From: an uncultured Bacteroidales bacterium
GTDB lineage: Bacteria; Bacteroidota; Bacteroidia; Bacteroidales; UBA932
Direction of reading: 5' to 3'
NCBI GenBank assembly: GCA_905234475.1
Contig: CAJOHX010000026.1
Location: 1,338 to 65,337 of the forward strand
DNA: 64,000 nucleotides
A model generated the notes under the pieces. The model had not been told where the DNA came from. It ran no database searches and worked only from the letters and a program-made list of their open reading frames with translations. The position numbers and the translations under genes were made by a program. The first letter of the stretch is position 1. The number at the start of each line of letters is the position of its first letter. Below are positions 11,184-21,771 of this stretch, in pieces.

Positions 11184-11623
11184 CTGCGCAAATCCTCCGG
11201 CATCTGCGGCATGCGGCCCTCGGACGCATCCACGAGACCGTCCACCATCTTGTCGATGGCCTGCTGCAGCTTATTGCCCAGCATGGTCTTCATCATGAAA
11301 TTGAGATTGGCGTCCAGCTCCACCCAGAAATCGGTGCGCCCCGGGATCAGCGACGGCTCGAAATGCAGCACGCCCACAAACTCCACCGGCGACTCGCTGC
11401 TGCCCAGGCGGATGAGCCGGTAGGGCTGGCGGTCGTCCACGCGGACCCCGATGCGGAAGCCCTGGACCGTGACCGTCAGATGGTCGTAGTCCGCCTCGAA
11501 CTCGGCCTTCACCTGGTCGGCGGGGACCATCTGGGCGAAATTGCGCAGGTCCGTGAAAGCCATGTACAACTCCTCGGGGCGCTTGGCCACCTGGCCGTGC
11601 TTGCTGGTATAATGTGCTGTCAT
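11180..11623 (-). CDS. SRPBCC/START-like small protein
   Basis: ELYMAFTDLRNF and LDANLNFMMKTM resemble Bacteroidota SRPBCC proteins. Confidence 0.6.
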   Translation of the reverse strand: MTAHYTSKHGQVAKRPEELYMAFTDLRNFAQMVPADQVKAEFEADYDHLTVTVQGFRIGVRVDDRQPYRLIRLGSSESPVEFVGVLHFEPSLIPGRTDFWVELDANLNFMMKTMLGNKLQQAIDKMVDGLVDASEGRMPQMPEDLRR

Positions 11624-11672
11624 AGTCAAGGAAAATGATTACATTTGTGTCCGCAAAGATAGCAAAAATCCG

Positions 11673-12284
11673 ATGCATAAGATATACTTCGAAAAGCGCT
11701 GCATCATCATCTGCAGTCCGGACGAACAGGCACTCTCGGACCCCAACGCCGTCGAATTCCACTTCGGCGAGAGCATCAACATCCACACCCTCGTGGCCAT
11801 GTTCGAAGCCTCCGAGTCCCTGTCGCGCATCTACATCCCGACGGACAACACCGGCTGGATGTACCGCCGCGTCTGCGCGGAATTCCGCGAAGTGGATGCC
11901 GCGGGCGGCCTGGTGTCCAACCGCCGCGGCGACTACCTGCTGATCCAGCGAAGCGGCCTCTGGGACCTGCCCAAGGGCCACCGGGAAGCGGGCGAGGACA
12001 TTGCCGTCACGGCCCTGCGCGAAGTTCGGGAAGAGACCGGCGTGGACCAGCTGGAGCTGCGCGGGCTCATCTGCGTTACGGACCACTGCTACCTGCGCGA
12101 CGGCATCTGGCACCTCAAGCACACCTGGTGGTACGACATGCTCTACACCGACCCGGTCAACCTCACCCCGCAGCGCGAAGAAGACATCACCCGCGCCGCC
12201 TGGGTGGCCCGTTCCAGCCTGCCCCCGTATCTCAAGAACACCTACCCCTCCATCCAGGAGGTATTCCGCGAAGCGAAAGTATAA
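11673..12284 (+). CDS. NUDIX hydrolase
   Basis: Nudix box WDLPKGHREAGEDIAVTALREVREETG. Confidence 0.92.
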   Translation: MHKIYFEKRCIIICSPDEQALSDPNAVEFHFGESINIHTLVAMFEASESLSRIYIPTDNTGWMYRRVCAEFREVDAAGGLVSNRRGDYLLIQRSGLWDLPKGHREAGEDIAVTALREVREETGVDQLELRGLICVTDHCYLRDGIWHLKHTWWYDMLYTDPVNLTPQREEDITRAAWVARSSLPPYLKNTYPSIQEVFREAKV

Positions 12285-12296
12285 ACACCTGTTATA

Positions 12297-13523
12297 ATGA
12301 AAAAACTCCTTCTCATCCTGGCGGCCTGCACGATGGTGATGGCAGGCTGCAAGGGCGGCACCCGGGGCAAGGGTTCCGAGACCGCCGCATCCGCTGAAAC
12401 GACCGAAACCGCTGCCGATACGAAAGCCGCCGTCGCCGAGGGCTTCACCTTCGACGAACTCTTCAAGATCTTCTCCTGCTTCGGCAGCAACATCCTGTCC
12501 GACAAGTTCGCCTCCCAGCGCGCCAAGGACGGCATCAAGGACGAGCTCCGGAGCTCCTACAACGGCTACACCGAGTTCGTCGGCCCCTGCAACTGGCTCT
12601 CCTGCGACCTCTTCGACGGCGACTGCTACGACGGCTTCCGCATGGCCTGCTACCGCTACAAAGCGGACGACCACGTGCTCGTGGTCCTGCTGGAGGACGG
12701 CGGCTGCGACGTGTCCTCGGTCAAGTATATCCGTTACTATGAATACGACCCCGCACAGGGCAGCGCCCACGAGATCCAGAGCCCCTTTGACAGGGAGCCG
12801 GAGCGGGATGATTTCGAGGATATGGTCCGCCTGGCCGGTTCGGATGTCCAGACCCTGCGCGGCGCCATGCAGGCCGGCCTGCTGGACTATGACTTCCGTG
12901 CGGACGGCCTGCGGGTCCGCCTCAACGACCCGATGGACTTCGACGAGCAGGTCTACCATGGCGACCTGGTCGTGGACTACCTGTGGAACGGGTCCATGCT
13001 CGTGCGCAACAGGGACTACCGCTACGCCTGCATCCACCCGGACGGCTTCGCCAGCATCAAGATCGGCGAACGGGCCCCGGACTTCAACTTCGACTATGAC
13101 CCGAAGGGCTACACGGCCGAGTACTCGGACGGCGGCGATCTCTGGATCATCAGCCGCGACGGCAAGGACGGCCTGCAGGTCCAGCTGGACGGGGGCGAAG
13201 TCTATTCCGTCGAGGTCTGGCTCCCGGAATACTGCGTGGCTTCCTATGCCTATGATCCCGGCGCCGGCAAGGTGCAGCCCTACGTGGGCTGCCGGATCAA
13301 CGACTGCATCAATCTCGATGTGGAGGGGACGGAAGTGGCGATGCTGATGGACGGCACCGTGCAGATCGAGTGCCCGACGTGGAACAGCCGCCTCGCCTTC
13401 CGCACGTCCCGCGAGTCGCTCGTCGGCGCACCCAAGCCGTCCATGGACGGGCGTCAGGTGATCGCCAACCCGAAGTTCAAGGACAGCGCGAAGATCGAAT
13501 CGATCCTGGTCTGGCGGGAATAA
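12297..13523 (+). CDS. Hypothetical lipoprotein
   Basis: Lipobox MAGC after a hydrophobic stretch; Ala/Thr/Glu linker; codon bias typical of this genome. Confidence 0.75.
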   Translation: MKKLLLILAACTMVMAGCKGGTRGKGSETAASAETTETAADTKAAVAEGFTFDELFKIFSCFGSNILSDKFASQRAKDGIKDELRSSYNGYTEFVGPCNWLSCDLFDGDCYDGFRMACYRYKADDHVLVVLLEDGGCDVSSVKYIRYYEYDPAQGSAHEIQSPFDREPERDDFEDMVRLAGSDVQTLRGAMQAGLLDYDFRADGLRVRLNDPMDFDEQVYHGDLVVDYLWNGSMLVRNRDYRYACIHPDGFASIKIGERAPDFNFDYDPKGYTAEYSDGGDLWIISRDGKDGLQVQLDGGEVYSVEVWLPEYCVASYAYDPGAGKVQPYVGCRINDCINLDVEGTEVAMLMDGTVQIECPTWNSRLAFRTSRESLVGAPKPSMDGRQVIANPKFKDSAKIESILVWRE

Positions 13524-14684
13524 TCACTCCGCCTTGACGGTCTGCGCGGGATCGACGCGGGAGATGAAGAGCGTGGGGATGAGGAGCAGCAGGAGGATCC
13601 CGGCGAAGGCCGCGGCGTCCGCGAGCAGGATCCCGGGCAGGTTCACCTGCACAGGCACGAACGAGACGAAATAATTCTCCGGATTGAGCCGGATCAGGTG
13701 CGTCGTGTCCTGGATCAGGCAGAAGAGCAGCGCGAGCGCGTTGCCCGCGGCCATGCCGATGGCGGCGGTGCGGGCGCCCACCCGCAGGAAGACACCGGCC
13801 ACGGAATGGTTGCCCATGCCGAGGGTCTTCAGCGTGCCGATGGTGCTGACATGCCGGAAGAGCAGGATCAGCAGGCCGGAGATCATGTTGAACCCCGCCA
13901 CGATGGTCATCAGCAGCAGGATTGCATAGACATTGTAGTCGATCAGGTCCAGCCAGTCGAACAGCTGGGCGAAGCGCTCCGTGGCCGCGACGGCGCGCAG
14001 CGGATCCTCGTCGTCCCGGGCGCCGAGATTGGCGCGCCAGCCCAGTTCCTGGGTGGCCCGGGCGATGCCCTGGCGGGTCCGGAGCCGGTCGGCGAGGGTG
14101 ACCTCCAGCAGGGATGCCTGGCCGCTGTCCCATTCCCGGAGGCGGCGGAGGTCGCCGATGGGCACATACAGCATCTCGCCCTCTTCCGTGGACATGGCGC
14201 TCTTGTAGATGCCGGTGACGTGCCACTTGCGGATCTTGACCTTGTCGCCGATGAACCAGGCCGTCAGGTCGTCGCCGGCGGCGAGGCCGAAGCGCTCCGC
14301 GAGGGTGGTGGGGATGCGCACGCCCAGCGAGACGGTATCCGCGGCCGTGCCCTTGAAGAGCACGCCGTGGATGTCGTCGCCGAGCTGGAGGATGCCGGCG
14401 CAATAGATGACCGGCTCGATGCGCTCCACGCCGGGAGCGCTCTGTAATTCAGATAAATAAGAAGGGGAGGCGTCCACGGGATCGGCGCCCCCCGTCAGGT
14501 CGGCGGCGGTGTTCGTCAGCAGGACGTCGCCCGTGACCGAGGCCACGCCGCCCCGGATTTCCCGGCGGAAACCCGCGGAAATGGCGACGGCCACGATCAT
14601 GACAAGGAAAGAGATGGCTATCGCGACGACAGCCATCTTTTCCTTGACACGCAGGCGTCTTGCAATGAAGCCCTCCGCCTTCAT
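13524..14684 (-). CDS. LolC/E (FtsX-like) ABC transporter permease
   Basis: N-terminal TM, IGTLKTLGM motif, three C-terminal TMs and LNPENYF. Confidence 0.88.
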   Translation of the reverse strand: MKAEGFIARRLRVKEKMAVVAIAISFLVMIVAVAISAGFRREIRGGVASVTGDVLLTNTAADLTGGADPVDASPSYLSELQSAPGVERIEPVIYCAGILQLGDDIHGVLFKGTAADTVSLGVRIPTTLAERFGLAAGDDLTAWFIGDKVKIRKWHVTGIYKSAMSTEEGEMLYVPIGDLRRLREWDSGQASLLEVTLADRLRTRQGIARATQELGWRANLGARDDEDPLRAVAATERFAQLFDWLDLIDYNVYAILLLMTIVAGFNMISGLLILLFRHVSTIGTLKTLGMGNHSVAGVFLRVGARTAAIGMAAGNALALLFCLIQDTTHLIRLNPENYFVSFVPVQVNLPGILLADAAAFAGILLLLLIPTLFISRVDPAQTVKAE

Positions 14685-14690
14685 GGATGC

Positions 14691-16703
14691 TTACCAGATA
14701 TGGACGCGCTCGCTCTCCGGACGCCACATCGGCTCGCCCTCCTGGATGCCGAAGGCCTCGAAGAACTGGTCGAAGTTGCGCAGGGTCACGTTGACGCGGT
14801 TGTTGCCGAGCGAGTGGACGTCGAGCTTGGTCAGGCGGGCCTTCTCCTCGTCGGTGATGTTCTGCGCCCAGACGCGGGCGTAGCCGAGGAAGAAGCGCTG
14901 GGCGGTGGTGAAGCCGTCGATGGGCTTGGGATCCACGCCGCCGAGGGCATTGTGCAGGGCCGTCCAGGCCACGCTCACGCCGCCGTGGTCGGCGATGTTC
15001 TCGCCGAGGGTCAGCTCGCCGTTGGCCTTCACGCCGGGCAGGATCTCCACTTCGTTGAACTGGTCCACGAGCACGTGCGTCTTCTCCTCGAAGGCGGCGC
15101 GGTCCTCGGCGGTCCACCAGTTGTTCATGTTGCCGTCCTTGTCGAACAGGCTGCCCTGGTCGTCAAAGCCGTGGGTCATCTCGTGGCCGATCACCACGCC
15201 GATGGCGCCGTAGTTGACGGCGTCGTCCGCGTCAGGATTGAAGAACGGCGGCTGGAGGATACCGGCCGGGAAGCAGATCTCGTTGGTGGTGGGGTTGTAG
15301 TAGGCGTTGACCGTCTGCGGGGTCATGCCCCACTCGGTCGGATCCGTGGGCTTGCCGAGCTTGGACAGGTTGTCCGCGACGTACCAGGCGTTGGCGGCGC
15401 GGAGGTTGTCGTAGTAGCTCTGCTGCGGGTCCACGGTGAGGGTGCTGTAGTCCTTCCACTTGTCGGGGTAGCCGATTTTGACGGTGAAGGCTTCCAGTTT
15501 CTCGCGGGCCTTGGCCTTGGTCGCGTCGGACATCCAGTCCAACTCGTCGATATGCTGGCCCAGGGAGATCTGCAGGTTCCGCACGAGGTCGAGCATCTTC
15601 TGTTTGGAGGACTCGGGGAAGAACTTGGCCACGTACATCTTGCCGACGGCCTCGCCGAGGATGCTGTTGGGCACGCTCATGGCGCGTTTCCAGCGCGGCT
15701 TCTGCTCGGTCACGCCGCTCATCTGGGTGCTGAAGAAGTCGAAGCTGGCGGCATAGAAGTCGTCGGACAGGGACCCGGCGGCGCTGCTGAGCAGCTGGCC
15801 GGCGACGTAGTCCTTGAGATCGTCCAGCTTGCTGTTCTTGAAGAGCTTGCTGAAGCCCTCGAAGAAGGACGGCTGCTCCACGATGACCTTGCCCATCTCG
15901 GGGATGCCCATCGCCTCGCGGAAAGCCTTGAAGTCGAAGCCTGCGTAGGCCTTGTCGATCTGCTTGGTGCTCATCGGGTTGTAGAGCTTCTCTACGTCGC
16001 GGTTCTGTACGCTGGTCCAGGAGAACTGTGCGAGCTTGTCCTCGATGCCGGCGGCATTGGCGGCGCGCTGCTCGGGCTTGTCCATGCCGGCGAGGGCGAA
16101 GAGCTTGGCGAGCATCGCCTCATAGCCCTTGCGCAGTTCGGCGTTGGCCGGGTCCACGTAGTAATCGCGGTCGCCCATGCCCAGGCCGCCCTGGCCCAGG
16201 TAGAAGACCTGCGTCTTGCTGTCCATCAGGTCGGCGTCCACGCCGCCCCCGAAGAAGCCGCCCTCGCCCACGAGGTTCAGCTTGCCGAGGTGCGCGGCGA
16301 GCGCCTTCTTGTCAGCGACGGCATACAGCTCGTCAAGATATTTTTTGACCGGGGCGGCACCCTCCGCGTTGAGGCGGGTGGAGTCGAGGCCCAGCTTGTA
16401 CAGGTCCACGATCTTCTGGTCGACGCTGCCGGGTTCCGGGTTCATCGTCGTCATCTCGGCAAACAGGGCGTTGAGGTCCTCGACGTTCTTTTCACGCAGC
16501 ACGTCGAAGGAGCCGAAACGGGCGTATTCGGCCTTCAGGGGGTTCTTCTGCATCCAGCCGCCGTTGGCGTAGAGGAAGAAGTTGTCGCCGGGTTTGACGG
16601 AGAGGTCCATGTCGCCCGGGTCGAGCGCCGGGACTTTCGCATCCTTGGGCTGGCAGGCCGCCAGCATCATCAGGGGAATCATCACAAGAAATAACTTTTT
16701 CAT
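14691..16703 (-). CDS. M13 family metallo-endopeptidase (PepO-like), lipoprotein
   Basis: VNAYY, GHEMTHGFDD (HExxH) and GENIAD motifs; lipobox LAAC. Confidence 0.93.
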   Translation of the reverse strand: MKKLFLVMIPLMMLAACQPKDAKVPALDPGDMDLSVKPGDNFFLYANGGWMQKNPLKAEYARFGSFDVLREKNVEDLNALFAEMTTMNPEPGSVDQKIVDLYKLGLDSTRLNAEGAAPVKKYLDELYAVADKKALAAHLGKLNLVGEGGFFGGGVDADLMDSKTQVFYLGQGGLGMGDRDYYVDPANAELRKGYEAMLAKLFALAGMDKPEQRAANAAGIEDKLAQFSWTSVQNRDVEKLYNPMSTKQIDKAYAGFDFKAFREAMGIPEMGKVIVEQPSFFEGFSKLFKNSKLDDLKDYVAGQLLSSAAGSLSDDFYAASFDFFSTQMSGVTEQKPRWKRAMSVPNSILGEAVGKMYVAKFFPESSKQKMLDLVRNLQISLGQHIDELDWMSDATKAKAREKLEAFTVKIGYPDKWKDYSTLTVDPQQSYYDNLRAANAWYVADNLSKLGKPTDPTEWGMTPQTVNAYYNPTTNEICFPAGILQPPFFNPDADDAVNYGAIGVVIGHEMTHGFDDQGSLFDKDGNMNNWWTAEDRAAFEEKTHVLVDQFNEVEILPGVKANGELTLGENIADHGGVSVAWTALHNALGGVDPKPIDGFTTAQRFFLGYARVWAQNITDEEKARLTKLDVHSLGNNRVNVTLRNFDQFFEAFGIQEGEPMWRPESERVHIW

Positions 16704-16784
16704 ATAGTACAATGTTAATTTGTGTCTTTTCAAACAGAACCACAAAGATACTCATTTTAAAAAAATAACGATATTTGCAGCGGA

Positions 16785-17510
16785 ATGAATGCGAAGGCGA
16801 AGGATATTTGCCGCAGATACGGCGTTGCGACCATCGGACTGGTGTTCGTGGCGCTCGGCGTGGCCCTGTCCATCATCTCCAACCTCGGCACGGCCCCGCT
16901 CTCCTGCCCGGCCTATGTGCTGAACCTCCGTTTCACGGCCCTGTCCGTGGGGACCTTCACCCTGCTGGTGAACACCTCATATCTTTTTATCCAGCTGGCC
17001 CTGCTGCGCAGGGACTTCAAGGCCAAGTACCTGATGCAGGTCGTGGCTTCCGCCGTGTTCGGCTACATGATCGATGGCTGCCTGTGGGCGCTGTCCTGGC
17101 TGCACCCGGAGACCTTCGCCGCGCGGCTCGGCCTGACGCTGCTGGCGGCGCTGGTCACGGCCTTCGGCGTGAGCGTGGAGGTGGCCGCCGACGCCTGGAT
17201 GCTGTCCGCGGAGATGACGGTAAACGCTTTCGCGAAGGTGCTGCGCAAGCCTTTCGGCCCGGTCAAGATCGTGATGGACACGCTGATCGTGGTCCTGTCC
17301 GCCGCGCTCGCCTGGATCTTCTTCGCCAATCCCTTCGGCGCCGGTCACGTCACCGGCGCGGCCGATGTCCTGCTGGCCCGGGTCCCGGGAATCGTAATCG
17401 GACTGGGGACGCTCCTGCTGGCTTTCCTGCCCGGCGCCCTCATGCGCCTGACCGACCCGGTGGTGGAGCGGCTCAGGGGCAGATCCGGCAGAGCTGCTCG
17501 TACACGCTGA
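16785..17510 (+). CDS. YczE/YitT-like membrane protein
   Basis: Multiple TMs; SNLGTAP and IGLGTL motifs. Confidence 0.75.
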   Translation: MNAKAKDICRRYGVATIGLVFVALGVALSIISNLGTAPLSCPAYVLNLRFTALSVGTFTLLVNTSYLFIQLALLRRDFKAKYLMQVVASAVFGYMIDGCLWALSWLHPETFAARLGLTLLAALVTAFGVSVEVAADAWMLSAEMTVNAFAKVLRKPFGPVKIVMDTLIVVLSAALAWIFFANPFGAGHVTGAADVLLARVPGIVIGLGTLLLAFLPGALMRLTDPVVERLRGRSGRAARTR

Positions 17511-18513
17511 TCGTATTTCCCACGTAGAAGGAAGTTTCGGTCCCCTTAAAGGGGCCGAGCTTGACCACGTCCGGCAGCGTGACGGATTCGTCGCCCATCA
17601 GCGGCAGCACGCGCGCGACGACATTGTCCCAGTAGGACGGGTCCACGCCCAGGTAGCGGGCGAGGCTGATGCAGTCGTCGATGCGGCCGATGCCGGCGTT
17701 GTAGGCCGCCAGGGCGTATTTGTAGCGCTCGGTCATGTTGTCCCCCACACTATAGTAGCGCTTGATGAGGTTGCCGAGCAGCTGCGCGCCGGCAGCGATG
17801 TTCATCTCCGGGTCCAGCGGATCGGTCACCCCGTATTTCGCGGCGGTGCGCGGCATCATCTGCATCAGGCCGACGGCGCCGCGCTTGGAGCGGGATTCGA
17901 TGTGGAAGCGCGACTCCTGGTACATCACGGCGGCCAGCAGGTGCCAGTCCCAGCCGAGCGAGTCGGCATGCACGCGGATCAGGCTGTCATAGGGGCTGAT
18001 GCTCTCCCGGGGGCCGCTCCGGAAAGCGTTGAAGCGGTTCAGGAAGCTGTCCCGCACGCGGGCATATTCGTCCGAGGCGTGCCAGGCCTGGATCCAGTCG
18101 TTGAGTTCGCGCATCCCCTCCGGGTCATCCTCCCGCATGAGCCAGCGGCTGAGGCTGTCCACGGGCAGGGACACGAGCACGCTGTCCACGGCGAGGCTGT
18201 CCTCGTAGGGGACCACCAGGATGTCGATGGCGCCGGCGCGGAGCGAATCCAGGCAGCTCTCGCCACGGGGGGCGATGCGGATCTCGACGGTCTGGCCGTT
18301 GTCCGCGGCAAAGCGTTTCAGAAGGTGGTAATGGTAGCCGGTGATCAGGGCCTTGGACGTGTCCGTGACGGGGGAGATCTCCAGCACGCCGCGGATAAAG
18401 TCGGGCTTGACCCGCAGCTCGGGCTCCGGCTGGCGGACCGTCAGCGACGCGAGGCCGGTCCCGGCGATCAGAAGGGCGGTGAGGATCAGGAGAGCGATGC
18501 TGGCTTTACGCAT
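17473..18513 (-). CDS. MltF-like lytic transglycosylase (SBP domain + SLT domain)
   Basis: AVMYQESRF, GAVGLMQMMP and LAAYNAG motifs, preceded by a substrate-binding-like domain. Confidence 0.88.
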   Translation of the reverse strand: MRKASIALLILTALLIAGTGLASLTVRQPEPELRVKPDFIRGVLEISPVTDTSKALITGYHYHLLKRFAADNGQTVEIRIAPRGESCLDSLRAGAIDILVVPYEDSLAVDSVLVSLPVDSLSRWLMREDDPEGMRELNDWIQAWHASDEYARVRDSFLNRFNAFRSGPRESISPYDSLIRVHADSLGWDWHLLAAVMYQESRFHIESRSKRGAVGLMQMMPRTAAKYGVTDPLDPEMNIAAGAQLLGNLIKRYYSVGDNMTERYKYALAAYNAGIGRIDDCISLARYLGVDPSYWDNVVARVLPLMGDESVTLPDVVKLGPFKGTETSFYVGNTISVYEQLCRICP

Positions 18514-18522
18514 GGCGGGGGG

Positions 18523-21012
18523 CTAGCGCGGCCGTCCGGTCGGCTGGGTGTAGAAGGGCCAGTAGACGCCGAACTTCAGGCCTTCCATGCCGCTCTTGGT
18601 GACGATGTAGCGGTCGGCGCTGAAGTAATCCCGGCGACGCAGGGGCCAGCCGCCTCCGGCGTTCTGGTATTTGACGAAGACGCAGGCGCGTTTCCACTGC
18701 ACGTTGACGAAGACGTCGAAGTACGGGCCGTTGGTGTATTCCCGTTCGGTCTGGTTGTAGAAGACGCCCAGGTTGGGATTCCACGCCGGGGAGTACCAGG
18801 GGGTGTTGGCATAGGCGTCCGCGCCGACCTGCATGACCATGACGTTGCGCCGCTGCTCGTCCCGCTGCACGACGAACTGCAGGTAGTAGCGGAGATTGAA
18901 TGCGGCGGTGGGCAGCGGCAGCACCTCGGGGTTGGAGGAAACCTGCAGCAGGGCCCGGTGGTCGAGGTGGACGGGACCCAGCACGAATTCCTTGCGGAGC
19001 GAAGCGGACAGCACGCTCATCGGCGTGGGGTTCTGGCGGATGATGCCCTTTTCGTCGTAGTAGAGGTTGTTGCCCAGCAGGGCGTAGCCCACGTCGGCGG
19101 AGAATTTCCAGTAGGGGATGTCCACGCGGCCCTGGATGCGGGTCGTGGAGATCTTGCCGAATTCGTTGTCCCAGCTGAAATGGTTGGCGTTGACGTGCTG
19201 CTGGTAGTAGGTCGGCTCGCGGAGCTCCGTGTCGAAGTGGGCCGTCAGGCTGACGGGGCTCTTGCGCGCCCGCCGGAAGGGGTAGAAGCGGAATTCCGCG
19301 TTCGCCTCGACGCTGAAGTCGCCGAAGTCGTGGCCGAGCAGGACGTACTGCGCCTTGGCGTTCCAGAAGGCGTTGCCGCGCAGCTGCCCTTCCGCGCCGG
19401 CATACAGGTACATGGAGTTCTCCACGTGGTTGACCGGCCGGACGGTGGTGCTGTCGAAATACTGCTTCAGATAGTCTCCGATGCCGATGTCGAGCTTGGA
19501 CACGACGCCCTCGCTGGACCAGGGCTGCAGCCGGAGGTAGAACTTGTTGTCCAGGCGCATCACGCGCATTGAGTCGGCGCTGGCCCTGCCGTAGCGGAAG
19601 ACGTCGTTGTAGAAGGCGGATCCGGTGGCGTCGCTGATGGCGTCGGTGTAGTTGCGCACGTAGGTGGAGAACTCGCTGCTGTGACCGATGAAGGCGGTGG
19701 TGATGTTCTCGTCCTCGGCGTCGAAGGTGTAGGTGCTGTCCTTGCGCGCCCGCCACTCGTTGATGAAGTTGAACGGGATGCGCAGCTGCTGGTCCAGGAA
19801 GACGGTATTCTTCTTGAGTTTGGACCGGGCGCCGGTCATGACCGTCTTGATGTCGCGGCCGTTCACCGTGGTGTCCCGGATCCAGCTGATGTCGGCGATG
19901 CCGCCGTTCTCATGGCGCGAGACCATGTTGTAGATGTAGCCCGCGTGCATGGTGTAGCGCTTGCCCAGGTAGTTGGCCTGGACCACGCTGGTCTTGTTGA
20001 TGGTCGTCTCGTCCGGCAGGATGCCGCCTCCGCCGTAGCGGTCGAACAGCAGGCTGAAGTTCAGCGCGGGCGTAATGTTCTGGGTGGTGAAGATGTGGAG
20101 GTTGTCGGACTCCTTCTCGTCGCCGGCGAACAGGGTGCCGAAGTACCCGAGCTCCGTGTAGGGGACCTTGGTGTTCCAGTGCGGGAGCGTGCGGTGCGAG
20201 TAGCTCCAGGACTCCAGGGCGTCATAGAACTCCACCCCCTCGTCGCTGCGGCGCTGGAACCAGTTGTAGCTCTGGAGCGGGGATCCGGCGACGCCCAGCC
20301 AGGTGGCGTTGACGTCCTTGCGCAGGAAGGGGTAGTCGTGGAAACGGTAGTTGTAGGTCGTGTCCGGGACCCCGGCCGTGAGCTTGCCGAAATCGGGGTC
20401 CTGGGTCCAGGAGATGAGGCGCTTGTACAGGAGCGAATCCGGCAGGGCGTAGGTGTCGAGGATGCGGGGAGTCGTCTCGAGGATGCTGTCGCGGATGTTC
20501 TGGCGCTCCTCCTTGATCTTGTTGAGCGAATCGGTCTGGGCGATCTTCCGCAGGACCTTCTGGTCCAGGTCGTATTTCTTGCGCTCCTGTTTGGACAGCC
20601 CGGCGTACCAGGCCTCGAATTCCGCCTTGGCCCGGGCCAGGGAGTCGGCGACGACGATCGAGTCGATCTTGTCCCACATCGTGGAGTCGAGCAGGGCCCG
20701 GAGCGAGTCGCGCGGGTCCAGACGGGGCGGGAGCGTGTCCACGACGGGCTCCACCGCGAGTGTGTCGGCATATTCGGCCTCGGAGCTGGTGTCGCGCACG
20801 GTGATCTCCTCCAGCTCCAGCGTCCTGCGAAGCTTGTATCCCGCCACGGGGTAGACTACGGTATCCTGTGTCGGAGAGATGTCATCCTGAGCCTGTCGAA
20901 GGATCTCCACGCGGTACTCCTGCACTGGCCCCCGATTTCCGGGACTGACGACCCCCGCGGCGGCAAATACCGTCACGGCCACCGGGAAGCCTATGCGCGC
21001 GAAAAGATTCAC
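18523..21012 (-). CDS. Putative outer-membrane porin (Bacteroidota Porin_10-like)
   Basis: NTKVPYTEL and FTTQNI motifs, many amphipathic beta strands, C-terminal FGVYWPFY. Confidence 0.8.
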   Translation of the reverse strand: MNLFARIGFPVAVTVFAAAGVVSPGNRGPVQEYRVEILRQAQDDISPTQDTVVYPVAGYKLRRTLELEEITVRDTSSEAEYADTLAVEPVVDTLPPRLDPRDSLRALLDSTMWDKIDSIVVADSLARAKAEFEAWYAGLSKQERKKYDLDQKVLRKIAQTDSLNKIKEERQNIRDSILETTPRILDTYALPDSLLYKRLISWTQDPDFGKLTAGVPDTTYNYRFHDYPFLRKDVNATWLGVAGSPLQSYNWFQRRSDEGVEFYDALESWSYSHRTLPHWNTKVPYTELGYFGTLFAGDEKESDNLHIFTTQNITPALNFSLLFDRYGGGGILPDETTINKTSVVQANYLGKRYTMHAGYIYNMVSRHENGGIADISWIRDTTVNGRDIKTVMTGARSKLKKNTVFLDQQLRIPFNFINEWRARKDSTYTFDAEDENITTAFIGHSSEFSTYVRNYTDAISDATGSAFYNDVFRYGRASADSMRVMRLDNKFYLRLQPWSSEGVVSKLDIGIGDYLKQYFDSTTVRPVNHVENSMYLYAGAEGQLRGNAFWNAKAQYVLLGHDFGDFSVEANAEFRFYPFRRARKSPVSLTAHFDTELREPTYYQQHVNANHFSWDNEFGKISTTRIQGRVDIPYWKFSADVGYALLGNNLYYDEKGIIRQNPTPMSVLSASLRKEFVLGPVHLDHRALLQVSSNPEVLPLPTAAFNLRYYLQFVVQRDEQRRNVMVMQVGADAYANTPWYSPAWNPNLGVFYNQTEREYTNGPYFDVFVNVQWKRACVFVKYQNAGGGWPLRRRDYFSADRYIVTKSGMEGLKFGVYWPFYTQPTGRPR
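20881..20907 (+). repeat. REP-like palindrome GTCATCCTGAGCCTGTCGAAGGATCTC inside the porin CDS
   Basis: Reverse complement matches 53733-53751 and 54083-54101 at 18/19 nt; encodes EILRQAQDD. Confidence 0.75.
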
Positions 21013-21039
21013 AACCTACAAAGATACGGAAAAAACGCG

Positions 21040-21771
21040 TTATAAAAACGGGCACTGCTGCGCCTCCGCCAACTTCTCCGGGCTGCCGATGTCAATCAGC
21101 CGCAGGTCCGGCGCCACGACGCCCCGGATGGTCCCGGCGGCGCATTCCGACAGGTAGAAGTCGATAATGGAGAAGCACTCCGGCCAGGCGGCCATCTTCC
21201 CGAAAACGGCCTCGGAGACGATGTGGATGCCGCAGAAGGAGTAGCGGCGGTAGTTTGCGGGATCGAAATCCGGCAGGTACGGGCTCTTGACTTCGCCCGT
21301 GCGGTCGTTGGTCCAGCCCGCGAGCCGCATGTCGTCGTCGAAGAGCAGGTAGCGGTCGGCGGGGGCGTCGGTCAGCAGGAGCGTGGCCAGGTTTTCGGGC
21401 GCGTCCTGGCGCAGGAACCAGTTGATATCCAGGTCGCTGAGGATGTCCACGTTGTGCACGAGGAAGCGCCCTTCGGGCGAAGCGAGCAGTGGCGCGGCAT
21501 GGCGGATGCCGCCTCCTGTCTCCAGTGGCGTCCCCGCTTCGCGGGAAATGGCCACGGGCACGCCGAAATCATTTTCCGTCAGGAACGCCTCGATCTGCTC
21601 CGCGAAATGGTGGACGTTGACGACGAAGGCGTCGATCCCTGCGTCGCGCAGTTTGCACAGCACCCGCTGCAGCATCGGCACGCCCGCCACCGGCACGAGT
21701 GCCTTGGGCATCGTGTCCGTCAGGGGGCGCAGGCGCGTGCCGAGCCCTGCGGCGAAAATCATCGCTTTCAT
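21040..21771 (-). CDS. murU: Sugar-phosphate nucleotidyltransferase, MurU-like
   Basis: [28 protein letters not shown] and HNVD motifs; ATGA-coupled to the upstream kinase. Confidence 0.8.
   Translation of the reverse strand: MKAMIFAAGLGTRLRPLTDTMPKALVPVAGVPMLQRVLCKLRDAGIDAFVVNVHHFAEQIEAFLTENDFGVPVAISREAGTPLETGGGIRHAAPLLASPEGRFLVHNVDILSDLDINWFLRQDAPENLATLLLTDAPADRYLLFDDDMRLAGWTNDRTGEVKSPYLPDFDPANYRRYSFCGIHIVSEAVFGKMAAWPECFSIIDFYLSECAAGTIRGVVAPDLRLIDIGSPEKLAEAQQCPFL

Noticed and set aside
17473-17510. 38-bp convergent 3' overlap, plus shorter ones at 33126-33129 and 46893-46903
   Set aside because: Such overlaps are common in gene-dense GC-rich genomes, and nothing here suggests antisense function.
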